From the NCBI RefSeq assembly GCF_018350175.1, contig NC_058372.1:40982001-41046000 (forward strand): a stretch of DNA of 64,000 nucleotides. The letters run 5' to 3'. The DNA is from Felis catus. Lineage: Eukaryota. How positions within the stretch are numbered: the stretch's first letter is position 1; every line of letters begins with the position of its first letter. The translations under genes were made by a program, and so were the position numbers. Shown here one piece after another: positions 9,291-51,098 of this stretch. Under the pieces are notes generated by a model, which did not search any database, had not been told where the DNA came from, and worked only from the letters and a program-made list of their open reading frames with translations.

Positions 9291-12200
9291 GTGGGGTGTG
9301 AGGAGGCGCTTCCTGGGTTAGGACAGCCTGGGCAGTTTCTGAAAGGGAGGATGAGAGTTTTGCGCAGAGAGAAAACGCGTGTGTAAAAGTACAGTCTGGG
9401 GAGGCATTGGTTGCTGGGGGTTAGTAGGTCAGGATTGAACACATTTCGCAAATCTTCGTTGAGCATCTATCGTGTGCGGGCTGTTCTAGATGCCATTCTA
9501 GATGCTGTAGATACAGTAGTGAATAGAAGCCGTCAAAAACTCCTGTTCTGGGGTGACTGGCTGGCTCAGTCAGTAGAGCATGTGACTCTTGATCTGGGAG
9601 GTGTGGGTTCAAGCTCACATTGGGTGTATAGATAAGTTAAACATAAAATCTTAAAAATCGTGTTCTCATGGAACTTATCTTTCAGAAAGGATGACTAAAA
9701 AAAAGTAAATTAATACAGTAAAAGGTAAAGCAGAGGAATGTGTATTTTTAAGGGTGAATTTTGACATGTGAATTATACCTCAGTTTTTCAAAAAGATTAT
9801 AAGGGCTATGGAGAGAAAGCAAGGGAGGGGTTGCAATTTTAGGTAGTTACAGAAGGCCTCACTGAGTAGGTGACATTTGAGCAACCGTTTGAAGGAGGTG
9901 AGGAAACAGTAAATACATCTGGATAAAGATTCCAAGCAGAGGCAACATCGAATGCAAAGGAACTGAGGCAGGATCATAGATCTTCTTGCTCAGTAAGTGC
10001 TAGACTAGTTGAGAGGAGTGGGAAAGAGATTATAGGACTCAAGATTAGAGACCAGGGGTGAGGTCACATGGGGGGTTTCAAACCACTATAAGGCCTGTGG
10101 CTTTTACTCTGATCAAGATGAAGCTATTAGGGAGTTTTGAGTTCTGAAGTGATGTGATCTGAAGCATATGTGTATGGGAAAGGGGTAGGAATAATGATGA
10201 GATCAGCTTTGCATTTTAGATGCCCCTGTCCAGCCTGTCCAGCATCACTTTGGGAGGAGATGGCGGTTGGAAGACCAGTTAGGAGGCTAGAGCACTGGCT
10301 GAGGTGAGAGGTGCTGAGAGTATGAAGGAGAGCACTGGCAGTGGTAACTGAGCAAGGAAGACATGCCCTGTGGGGAAGACCGTGAAGGCAGGATTCAAAA
10401 GAAAATGAAAAAGAATGGACTGTGGCTTGGCCTACCCCCAACCGTACATTTGTATACCTTCCTTAGCAGATGGTGGGAATGGTTGGGAAGTTAGGTGTCA
10501 GTGTAGCACTCTTGCAACCTGCGCTGCCTAAAGCCTGTCGTGATTGGCCTGATGGGGATATTGGAAAGGGTCAGTTACTTAAGGAATGAGGGTGGGATGA
10601 TGTCTCTGTAACGCTGGGAGATGCTGTGCTGAGTTGTGTCCCCATCCCTCCTTCCACAGACACATCTGACATGTCATTTGAAGAGCTGTTGGAATTGCAG
10701 AACAAAATGGGGACTAAGACATACAAACAGTTGGTAGCTGGAAACAATACTAAGAAGCCAAGTTCTAGACCACCTGTCCAAAATGCATGTGTTGCAGATA
10801 AGCACAGGTGAGGAGCAAGGCCTGCCCCAGGAATTTGAGAATACCTGGGACTTTGAGTGGGTGTCTGCATTCCTAGATGGGAGGCCTTTGATCAAGACTG
10901 GAGAGCCAGGGAGGGCGCCTGGGTGGCCCTTTCAGTTAAGGGGCCGACTTTGGCTCAGGTCATGATCTTGCAGTTTGTGAGTTCAAGCCCCACGTCAGGC
11001 TCTGTGCTGACAGGTTGGAACCTGGAGCCTGCTTCAGATTCTGTGTCTCCCTCTCTCTCTGCCCAACTCCCACTGGCACTCTGTCTCTCTCAAAAATAAA
11101 CGTTAAAAACCAAACAACAACAAAAAACAACACTGGAGAGCCAGGGCATCTGGCTGGCTCAGCCAGTGGAGTGTGCACCTCTTTTTTTTTTTTTTTTTTT
11201 TTTTTACTGTTTTTATTTTTGAGAGAGAGAGACTGAGCACTCACAATTGGGGGAAGGGCAGAGAGAGAGAGAGGGATGGAGGATCCCAGGCAGGCTCCAG
11301 GCTGACAGCGGAGAGCCCAATGTGGGGCTGAGACTCATGAACCGTGAGATCATGACCTGAGCTGAAGTCAGACATTCAACTGACTGAGCCACCCAGGTGC
11401 CCCTCTTGATCTTGGGGTTGTGAGTTTCAGCCCCACGTTGGGTATAAAGATTACTTAAAAATAAAATCTTTAAAAAAAACAAAAAAGGACTGGAGACCCT
11501 GGACATGTCTTTTTTTTTTTTTTTTTTTCAACGTTTATTTATTTTTGGGACAGAGAGAGACAGAGCATGAACGGGGGAGGGGCAGAGAGAGAGGGAGACA
11601 CAGAATCGGAAACAGGCTCCAGACTCTGAGCCATCAGCCCAGAGCCTGACGCGGGGCTCAAACTCACGGACCATGAGATCGTGACCTGGCTGAAGTCGGA
11701 CGCTTAACCGACTGCACCACCCAGGCGCCCCAACATGTCTTTTAATTTCTCCGTAGGCCTCTGGAAATGTCAGCCAAGGTTCGGGTGCCATTTTTGCGTC
11801 AAGTTGTTCCAGTCAGTAAGAAGGTGAGGAGGAAGCAGGAAGGGCTGTCTCAGTGAGGGGAGATTGAACAGTTCATTTATAGTCTCTCTGTTCTTTCCAA
11901 AGGTAGCCCGGGACCCCCGCTTTGATGATCTGTCAGGGGAATATAATCCTGAGGTGTTTGACAAAACGTATCAATTCCTGAATGACATCCGAGCCAAAGA
12001 GAAAGAGGTTTGGAACATTAGACCAGCCCATGGGGATTCCAGGGGTGGGAAACTCGGGTACAGGTTATTGAGTTGGGCAGAGGGGAACAGGGAATATGGT
12101 GGTAGGCAGATTTATTTCTCCTTAATTGATTTAACTCTTCCCAAATGTGCTTCTATTCAAATCCTGGCTCATTAGTTTACCAGCCGTGTGACCATTGGCA

Positions 12201-13253
12201 GGTTCCTTAACTTCTCACTTTTCTAATCATAAAGAGATAATAAAATAATTCATATCTCTTAGTGTTACTGCATTAACAAACGTGAACCTCTTAGTATAAT
12301 GCTTGGCACAACATTTTGGTTGACGTTTGCAGACTGCTAACCGTCATATTCATTTTATAATGTGGAGCTTGTGAAAAAGCAGTTGAAGAAGCACCGTTCA
12401 GGGCAGGAGCACGAGAAACTGCAGCAGCTGCTCCAGAGAATGGTGAGTGGGTCAGAATCGCAGGTGGGCGGGGAGAACAGTTCAGGGCACGCGGGAGGTG
12501 GTTCACAGTCCCTCCTACTCACCCATCCACCCACCTCATCTTTGCTTCTCAGGAGCAGCAAGAACTGGCACAGCAGGAACGCAAGCGGCAGCAGGAGCTG
12601 CGCCTGGCCCTGAAGCAGGAGAGGCGGGCTCGGGCCCAGCAGGGCCATCGGCCATACTTCCTAAAGAAATGTAAGTGGGGCACAGCTGTCACAGGCTGGT
12701 TACAGGGACAGGCTTGGGCGGCCATAGAGGCAGCATGCTGTGTTGGGGGTCCGTGAGCTCCCTAACGAAGTCATGAAGGCTGGATCCCATGGGAAGTTGG
12801 AGGAAAATAGAAATGGTAGGGAGGAGTTAATTTGTAACTATTCTTGTATCCCTAATTATAGATTATGGGCAAGGAGTGTTGCTTTTATCTCTCCCGCCTC
12901 CCCTACATATGCTGGGCCAGGCACATAGAAGGAGCTCATAGTTGGTTTAATGGAGAAAGCAGGGAATGGTAGAAAAAATCTGCTTGCTGCACACACCAGT
13001 GAATTCCAACCAAGTCATGTATCCCAGCATCGAGGCTGAGAAGTACAGACCTGGGGAAAGAAAAAGATGAGTGCCTCCTCCCTTGCTTACCTGCTTTCTT
13101 TCTCTTTGTTCTCTAGCTGAGCAGCGCCAGTTGGTCCTAGCTGAGAAGTTCAAGGAGTTGAAACGCAGTAAGAAGTTAGAGAGCTTCTTGAGTCGAAAGA
13201 GGCGCCGAAATGCAGGCAAGGACCGGAGACATCTCCCTTTGAACAAAGAGTAA
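9054..13253 (+). CDS. RRP36: Ribosomal RNA processing protein 36 homolog (~251 aa)
   Basis: Exons 9054-9159, 10660-10807, 11757-11823, 11903-12007, 12368-12442, 12553-12670, 13117-13253 (756 nt in total). Motifs MSFEELLELQ, RPLEMSAK, RDPRFDDLSG, PYFLKKSEQR and KRRRNAGKDRRHLP. Confidence 0.95.
9440..10330 (-). mobile_element. Old LINE-2 3' fragment interrupted by a short CAN-SINE (~9551-9660, +)
   Basis: L2-like motifs (TTGAGCATCTA..TGTGC, GAAGGCCTCACTGAG..GGTGACATTTGAGC) recognised by eye. Boundaries are approximate. Confidence 0.6.
10912..11730. mobile_element. Cluster of four CAN-SINEs: + 10912-11130; + 11145-11486, split by - 11180-11402; - 11509-11730
   Basis: SINE heads, bodies and tails are visible. 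Repeated target site (G)ACTGGAGAGCCAGG, and ACATGTCTTT TSDs around the last copy. Confidence 0.9.
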
Positions 13254-13989
13254 TGAGGAACGGTTCTCAGCTCTGCCACTGCCCCAGTGAGAAACGGATC
13301 TATGGGGACAGACTTGGGCTTGGCCTCTTCTAGTTGTTTTTCATGAAAGGGCAAGGATCATAGCTGCCCTTGAGCTAGATTGGCTCAAAGATGACCAGAG
13401 GGCTCTTGGACAAGAAGAGCAGCCCAGCCTTCTGTCCTGGCACACTTTCTCTGCTTGGATCTGGTTCATCACGTCCTCATGTTCTCCCATCCTTGCTTTA
13501 AACCAGTGATCGTGGTGTAGAAGAAAAAGGGCCAGTGAGTGAGTGAGTGATCTTGAGGCTAGTGAAGGCTGTAAAGTCTGTTGATAGCTCCTAATGCTGG
13601 GACTTTATGTAAGAGCTAAATTGTAAACATTCCTGTTATTCTTCTTTTTATTATTCTTTTTTGGTGGGTTTTTCGAGCGGCCTAGAACTACTGTTTCAGT
13701 GGGCCATCTGTGGGGGCTGGCAGCAAACTTAAGGCTCCCATAAAGTGGGAAATCAGACCAGAGACCCCTCCTACTTAAACCTCAAAGAAGACACGATCAT
13801 TGAAAGGGTAAACCACTCTCACAGCTCACCTATGTAGTTTTGGTTTTGGATACAGAGGGAGAGAGGAGGTGAGGACAGAAAGTTTCCCCAGTAATGTAGA
13901 AGCACAGCTGGTTGTCGGTACTGTTTGGGTCTACATTTCCTACTCCCATGTGGACTAGAGAATCCTCAAGCTAATTAATGATTCAGTTT

Positions 13990-14728
13990 GAAGTGGTCTC
14001 AGGTTGGTAGTGCTTCCAGGCACCTGGCAGAAGCAAATGTAATCTTCACTTGGAGGGTTGTACTTGAAACTCAAGCCTCAAGGAGTTCCTTTAGATAAAA
14101 TTTGAAGGAATGTGAGCTTTCAGTGAAAATATGAAGCACACAAGGAAAGAAATCACCATGAGTAAGAGTCATCGGGGACAATAGAAAACAGACTCAGACC
14201 AGCAAAGACAGATGTTAGAAATATAAAATACAAAACAAAATATCTTGCTTATATTTAAAGAGAAACTATGACTAAAGAAAAGAATATCTAAAAGGACCAA
14301 ACTGGTTTGATAAAAAGTAGAGCTTTTAAAAATGAACAATATACTATTTGAAGTTAGAAACTTTAAGGTTGGGGTGCCTGGCTTGCTCAGTTGGTGGAGT
14401 GTGTGACCCTTGGTCTTGGTCTTGGGGTTGTGAATTTGAGCCCCACGTTGGGTGTAGAGATNNNNNNNNNNNNNNNNNNNNNNNNNNNNNNNNNNNNNNN
14501 NNNNNNNNNNNNNNNNNNNNNNNNNNNNNNNNNNNNNNNNNNNNNNNNNNNNNNNNNNNNNNNNNNNNNNNNNNNNNNNNNNNNNNNNNNNNNNNNNNNN
14601 NNNNNNNNNNNNNNTGGGTGACTCGGTTAAGCGTCTGACTCTTGACTTCGGCTCAGGTCATGATCTCATGGTTCGTGGAATGGAGCCCCATGTCGGACTC
14701 TATGCTGACAGTGCAGAGCCTACTTAGG

Positions 14729-14778
<50 letters not shown>

Positions 14779-14837
14779 GGTTCGTGGGATTGAGCCCCAC
14801 TTTGGACTCTATGCTGACAGTGCGGAGCCTGCTTAGG

Positions 14838-14877
<40 letters not shown>

Positions 14878-15480
14878 ATGAGCGTGCACTCTCCCTATCT
14901 TGCTGTCTCTCAAAATAAATAAACATTTAAAAAAGAAAGAAACTATGGTTAAGCAACAGATTAGACACATCTAAAAGGAGAATGAACCGGAAGTAGATTT
15001 GAAGTTACAAAGATGGAACACAGGGATACAGAGAAATGGAAACTGAGGAAAGGATTAAAATAGGAAGAACAAAACATGGAAGATAGATTAAGAAGGTATA
15101 ATACATGTAATCTGAAATCCAGAGGAGAATATTTTAAAGAGGCTGAGAATTTTCTAGAATTGAAATTTATAAGCAGTAAGATTCAGAAAGCCCTATTAAT
15201 TCCAAGCAGGAAACAAATTGATGGCTGGCTCAGTCAGTAGAGCATGCAACTCTTGATCTTGCCCCACCTTGGGCATAGTTTTTTGTTTTTTGTTTTTTTA
15301 ATGTGATAAATCATGAAATTACTACGTTTTAAAGACTAACATCTAAAAAACAGTCATAAGGAAAAGGAAGAGAGGTAGAATTAGAAGCTAGGATATCTAA
15401 TGCTTTATGCCTCTGGAATGGAGGAGTAGATGTAATTCTGATGACTGAACTATGAAATGAGCATAAAGTGTTTGTCCCCC
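13990..15480 (+). mobile_element. Degenerate L1 5'/ORF1-like fragment with inserted CAN-SINEs (14371-gap, ~14615-14935, ~15222-15280)
   Basis: A-rich strand-biased sequence with L1M-like motifs (GGCACCTGGCAGAAGCAAATG, CAGATTAGACACA). SINE heads and (CT)n are visible. Confidence 0.55.
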
Positions 15481-15719
15481 AAGTGATTGTAAGCTGAGGG
15501 CTAAAGCTACCAGGATATTTTATCTTGCCCAGAGGGATCCAGTGCTCCAGGGTCCCTGATGCCACATAGATCAATCCTAAGAACAGATTCTGACAGATAA
15601 AAGAAAAAGACTATTGAACTATTGGGCTCAAAAAACACTAAGAAGGTAATAGAAAAGCTCAAAAAAAAAAAAAAAAATCTGGTTGGCAGCTAAGTCTGAG
15701 CAGTTAAAAAAGCACTCTA

Positions 15720-15945
15720 AATGCTATCTTGGAACGAGAGTGTTGTGAAGATGCCCCTGTTGCCACCAGTGGTATTCCACTTCTTGTTTTGCTCTAGATT
15801 CAGAAATTCCTGGCAGAGGCATTTGATTAGCTAAACCTTGGTTATATGGCTGCAAGGGGAATGCTGGGAAAGCAAGTATCTGGTCTTTTATATGGTGAGG
15901 GGTGGGCTTTATCTTCAACTTCAATTTGTGTGAGGTTTCCAAGCA
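15720..15945. mobile_element. Possible MLT1-type LTR remnant
   Basis: GATTAGCTAAACC..GCTGCAAGGGAATGCTGGGAAAGCAAGTATCTGG resembles MLT1 LTR ends (recognised by eye only). Confidence 0.4.
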
Positions 15946-15960
15946 TAAGAAGGGGGTTTA

Positions 15961-16162
15961 GGGGTGCCTGGGGGGCTCACTTGGTTAAGTGTCTGACTTT
16001 GGCTCAAGTTACAATCTCGTGGTTCATGAGTTCCAGCCCCGCAGCATTGGGCTCTCTGCTGTCCTTGCAGAGCCTGCTTCAGATCTTCTGTCTCCCCACT
16101 CTCTCTGTGCCCCTCCCCTGCTCACTCACTCTCTCTCAAAAATAAATATTAAAAAAAAAAAA
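15961..16162 (+). mobile_element. CAN-SINE
   Basis: GGGGTGCCTGG head, CT-rich body, AATAAA and poly-A tail. Flanking AAGA(A)GGGGG(G)TT duplication. Confidence 0.88.
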
Positions 16163-16329
16163 GAGGGGGGTTCAGATGAAGGGTAGTCAAGAACTTACCT
16201 GCATGTCCATCACAAGGCTGTATTGGCCCCACCACGCCTTCAGCCTGCTACTCTTCCCCTTCATCAAGGGCCCACAGGAGACATTGGAGAGCTCTGAGCT
16301 TCAGCGATGGGTTAGTCGGTCTACTTGCT

Positions 16330-16630
16330 TTTTGATTTTTATTGGGAATATATTGAGTTGAGATACAATTGATATTACACACTTGACTTCCTCCACCCAT
16401 TTAACTTGTACAATGTGATGGTTTTTAGTATATTCGGAGTTGTGTAACCATCCCAATTTTGTAACATTTTTGACACCCCAAAAAGAAACCCCATATCCTC
16501 TAGCAGACACTCCCCCATTTCTTCCCAGTCTCCCCAGCTCTAGGCAGCCACTAAACCACTTTCTGGCTCTAGATTTGCCTGTTTTGGAGCATTTCACGTA
16601 AGTAGAATTAATATGTGATCCTTTATGTGC
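16330..16630 (-). mobile_element. L1M 3' end fragment
   Basis: TTTTATTG..GATACAATT..TGGTTTTTAGTATATTC..AGTTGTGTAACCATC..CCCCAAAAAGAAACCCC is typical of the reverse complement of L1MB/MC 3' UTRs. Confidence 0.65.
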
Positions 16631-18118
16631 AAACCAGCTATCTGGGATAAAGAAATAGAGGCTATGAGAACGGTCTCACAAAAGGGTCAGGGTAGCAAAC
16701 TTCTGTCCCAAGTCACGCAGGAAGTGTGTGCCTTGTAGGGATTGAAAGTCCTGAGGTCAGGGGAAGAGGCTTAGGTCTTTACTGGTCCTGGTAAGAGAAG
16801 GGCAGTCAGCACTGTTCACCCAAGTGACAAACTAGCAACCCCAGTGTGCCCTGGGGCCCAGTGCCTGTTGCCTGTCTTCTGCCTCATAGAAGAACATGGA
16901 CCAACCAGGTGGTTCTGCTCTGAGAACCACCAACAGCATCATGGGGCCACCATACTGCAAAGTAAAGCAATCATGGGCCTTCTGTGGCTACCCTGTTTGC
17001 CCTCTGTTTTGCTGTCTTATCCTGGGCATCCTGACTCTCCTGAGCCCTGGCCTGTTTCCCTTACAGATTCTATTCCAAATCTCAGTCCTGGGTGGCACAC
17101 AGTTCCCTGTCTGGCCTCTGTGCCCTCTCTTACCACCTGACTCTTCCTCACTCCTCCCCACCTCCTTTCTTCTGTAGCCTTCTCCCTTATCTCTTGGCTG
17201 CAATAACCTTGGACTCAGGATGCCTGGGTCACTCCTTCCTCACTCCCTTAATCACCCCTGCCAGGATGCAGAACTTCACCCCTGGCACTGGGTTCCCTGG
17301 CCTGACCTGCCCTCCTCGTGTGGGTGGGGCCAGGGGAGTCCATTCTAGCAGCACAGAGCAAACCTCCGTGACAGTGGCCTGTGGCCTATTGCTGCTACTA
17401 GTGGGAGTCTGGCTTTGGCGACTGTATGGCTCTGCATGACCAGAAGCTTGTGGGAGCTGCAGTTCCTCCTAGTTCTGCTTCCAGCCCAGATCCTGAAGCT
17501 TAGAGACAGAATACACTCTCAGGCTCCTGGGTACCTACAGTAGCCACAAGCATCCTTTATGTCACTTTTACCCTGTCAGCCTTACCTAGGGAAGATGCCC
17601 TGCATTATCCTAACTGCTGGGTGTGGGAGCCAAGAGCGGGCCTCATTAGCATGTCAAATGCTCCCATACCTGGTGCTCATCAGAACCCAGAGTGACTCTG
17701 GTCCAATTCTACAAATGAAAGAATATGGAGCCGTGCTTAACAGTCTGCCCAAGTTACAAGCCATCCAGTGCATGGCAAGGGGAACTCGGGTCTCCAACCT
17801 GCCAGGTGAAAACACTTCTGGCCACATACTGAGAAGGGGTTGGGGGGGGGGGGTCTATCCCTGTTCACTTAATTCCCCTCCTGAGAGGGGCTACTAAGTC
17901 ACACCTGACTCCCTCCACCTTTCTCCCCAGGCTGCCATCCTCACCCTGTGACTCCTGGCATGGGATGACAGTGTCAGAGCCAGAGGGCTGGCTCCTTTCC
18001 CCTTTTAGCCAGGAAAGTCCCTGCTGCCCCTGTCAGATCCTTAGCAGTCACCACACCAGCCATGTAACCAAACTCCTGCATTTTATTTCTGTAGAAAGCC
18101 CTGATCCCATCTCCAGGA

Positions 18119-31612
<13,494 letters not shown>

Positions 31613-32049
31613 TCAGGTTGGCTGGGGTAAAGAAGGGCCCAGGAGTTGCCTGCTGCAGGCTGGGTGGGGCCAGGCCTAAGCAGGGGAACACTAGGGTGTT
31701 TGTTCTAAGAACACAAAATTTGGTTGAAAGGAGGGTCGAAGGCCCTGCAGCCTGGAGTGGGTTGGTTTGGAGCAGTGGGAAGGGGACAGTGGGGGCAGGG
31801 GAGCCTTGCCATAATGAATCCCAACGCACTGCCATAGGCAGCAGCCCTGAGAAGGGGATCCATGAAGCCCCGAGGGGTGTGTGTTGGGGAGTGGGGGTGG
31901 GGAGTGAGATCCCGAGTGTGTCTGGGAAGGGATGCTAGCTCCAATGGTTGAAGCGCAGGAGTGTGTCACAGAGGCAAGAGATTTGGTGGGGGAGAATTGG
32001 TGGGATGGGGGGGCAAGGCGCGAGGGGCTGGGAGGAAAGCCTGGTGGGC

Positions 32050-32850
32050 TGCAGGCGCGCAGGACTGGAGACACTGGAGCAGCAAGGCCGGTGGGGGCGA
32101 CAGGAGACCCGGTGGGTTGAACGGCGGGAGGCTAGGTGGACCCTAGAAGCCGGGGGCGCGCGGCAAGGTGCGGGGGAGGGGGCTAGGCCAGATAAACGAG
32201 AATCCCAAGGAACTGTGGAACTGGGGTGGGGGACGCGAAATCGGGTGCGCGCGCGGCTCGGTGGGCGAGAGTGCGGAGGAAAATCCAGGGTAGGGGCGGG
32301 GGGGGGGGGGGGCTCTGGCCACCTCAGAAGGCGATGGGGGTCCGGCGCGAGGCCTCTCCTTCGCTGAGCTAGGGACGCGGCGCAGAGGATGGCGGCGATG
32401 CTGGCGGAGATTTGGGCCCCGCCTGGGCCCCCGAGGGGGGTCGAGGCGGAGAGGCGGGAGGGGGCGTGCCTCCGAAGGACCAGCGGGCAGGCAGGGGGCG
32501 TGGCGTGCAGGGCCACCTCCGGCGGCCACTGTCGGCCACTGTCGCCGCCCAGCGCGCAGGTCAGCGGCAGCCTGGGTAGGGCGGGGCAGGGCGGAGACGG
32601 GGCCCAGCCTGCGGCGCCGCCCGCCCAGCTCTGGGGGCTCCGCCGCCTGCCCGCCTGCCCGGAGTCGTGGCTCATTTCCGCCAGACCCAGCGGAAAGCTA
32701 GGGGCCCTGGGAGAGCTCCGGGGCGGAGTCGTCGGTGCCACCTCGGCGACGCGCGGCACCTCCTCCTCCTCCGTGCCGCCCTTTCCTCTTCCTTTTCAGT
32801 CTCCTTCCTTCCACCGGAAGTGCTCTCCCCGACTCCCGAAGTCAGAACAG
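32050..32850 (-). promoter_or_regulatory. CpG-island promoter and exon 1 of CUL7
   Basis: Very CpG-rich. YY1-like GATGGCGGC (~32388), CCGGAAG (~32814) and a G-run at 32288-32312. Probable exon 1 donor GAG|GTGGCC at 32323; exon 2 acceptor at 31509. Confidence 0.8.
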
Positions 32851-33092
32851 GAGACCTTGGAGGTCATTTATTCTCCCCTCTACCATTACATAGAAAAAAC
32901 TGGCACAGGGTTGGGGGGGTGGGGCGCGGCTGGAAATGAGCAGCTCCAGTCTTTGCCCCATATCGTCCTTTCTCCTCTCCCGTCCTTGTTTGCTCTGGTG
33001 TTTTTTTCCGGGTCTAGTATGTGCAATCCTCCCTCCCCCAAAAAACAGTAACTGCTAAAAATGAGGGGTGATTTTATTAGAATCCAGGGATC

Positions 33093-37179
<4,087 letters not shown>

Positions 37180-37920
37180 GACGATAGCCAAGCTCCGCGG
37201 GGTTCAGCACACCACCGTTTCTTTTAGCCAGGCCGCCTGGCGCCTTTAGATGACGCTAACAAATCCCTGGGCCGTCGCTCTCATGACGTAATGAGGTGGG
37301 CAGACAACCCGAGACCAAGGTGAATACACACCTCCTTTCCTCCATGCGCGTGGCCGAAGCCAATCCACGGGCGACCCTTAGGTCGCGTGACTGAGAAGCC
37401 CGCTCCGCCCCCGGGAGCCGTCAAAACAATTACCTCGAGCGGCAGCCATGATGAATTTAAAGGGGCAGTACCGGCAAGGGCGGCAGCCAGACCGACAGAC
37501 GGCGGGTGAGTCCGTGAGGGTACCCCCGGGACTGAAGGTTGAGGTCCCGCTACTTCTTTTCCGCACTGCACGACAGATGAACAACCCCCACCAGCAGATC
37601 TCACACAAGTCCAGACAGACTGAAAAACTCCGCCCCCCCGCGATTCTTCCCGCCCCTCGGCGTCCAGACAGACAGACAGACGGCCTGCCCCGCCCCCTGC
37701 TCTACCGACGGACTCGTCGACCTCGGGATTCTCAGGTCCCTGGGTCCTCGCTCGTGACGCGGACCTCTGCCGCCCACCCGCACCTCTCCCCCGCGCCCCC
37801 GCCCATCTCATTCTGTCCCCACCCTGGGCCCCAGGGCAGGTCGACAGGCTGGGTCACTTCTCCGACCGCTTTCCCAGGGGGGGAGATCAACTCCCAGCGC
37901 AGTGTTTCCCCGTAACCCTG
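37180..37920. promoter_or_regulatory. CpG-island bidirectional promoter of MRPL2/KLC4, including KLC4 non-coding exon 1
   Basis: CpG-rich. CRE-like TGACGTAA (37284-37291), CCAAT (37361-37365) and GC boxes. Strong donor CGG|GTGAGT at 37505/37506. Confidence 0.8.
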
Positions 37921-39147
37921 CAGCCGCTCTGTAGACCTGCCATTCTTCCCTGCATCATCAGGCATCTGAGAGGCACCCTAAGGTGACTTCTCTCAGAGCC
38001 TGTTAGTAGGTGGTCATCACAGAGACAAAGCCATGAAAGTGAATGGGTCAGGAGTGACCAGGTCTTTCTCCTCACCCTTTCCCAGACACGCCCTTGCCGC
38101 AGATCTCAGATCAAGTCTCACTCCCTTCTTGGGAGAAAATAGCTCCCCAGGCCTAGGGTGGGACGTTGGCTCCGGGAAGGAAGAGGGACACACTGGTCGC
38201 CTTTGAAGGCCTGTAGGTAGAGAGAGGGAGGGTGCTTGCCCTGAGTAGGGCTCTGTGCCAGGTCCTCTGGGTGGCTGTGAGGTGGTGAGAGAAGGGGTGG
38301 GAACGCTGGACTTCTGGACTTTGGGCAGGGCAGATCCTTGTGAGTCCCTGGCTACTGAAAGAGTTTCTTCCGGGCTCTGGCCTGAGCGCCACAGCCGAGG
38401 GCTCTGCTCTGTGTACCTACCGGTAAGAGGACTTCAAAGATGAGAAACAGGGCTCTTTTGAGGAAGTAGGAAAAGAGCCCGACACCTGGAGGGTGGGAAG
38501 TATGGGCTGAAGGCCTAGTGGGGAAAAAGGCAGAGTTTACCGGGTTTGGAGATGCTGGCCTTAGCTCTGTGGGTGGCGCAGTCTGAAGACCTGGAGCTTT
38601 CTGGGCCCCTCTCATCTGGGTCGTGCAATGAAGGTGCCTTTTTTCCTTCTTCTCTCTCTTCCCTGTAACTTTGAAACCTGTATAGTTTCTATTTTTTGAA
38701 ACCTCTGCACCATTTTCTTTATATCTCCTGTTTGCTTTAACCTTGTTTCCTTTGCAGCTTTCTCCAGACACCCTCTGTGTTTCCTATAATGCTGTCTCTC
38801 ATCTGATTCCTTTTCCTATTCCTGACCCAAGCTCTCTTTCCAACAACACTTCCTATTCTCTTCCTAATTTCTAAATCTGTCTGCTAGTTGTCAGTACTTT
38901 TGTTCCTTCCATTGTCTTTCTTCATTCAAATCGATTCCTCTCCCTCTCTCTTTCCCACCTTAGCTTTGTGTTTAGTGTTGTAGGCTCCTTTCCCACTGAT
39001 CACTCTCTCTCCAATTAAACCAGAAGGTCACCCATACTCTCTCTTGTCTCTTCCCTCTAACCAAGGTACTCAGCCTCTCTTTCTCATCTTTACCCCCAAT
39101 GAGCTCTGTTGTTTCTCCTCAGCCCAGGCAAGGTCCTCGTGGCCAAG

Positions 39148-51098
<11,951 letters not shown>

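Noticed and set aside
6962-10660. KLHDC3-RRP36 spliced fusion protein (penultimate exon to exon 2)
   Set aside because: A phase 2 donor joined to a phase 1 acceptor is out of frame.
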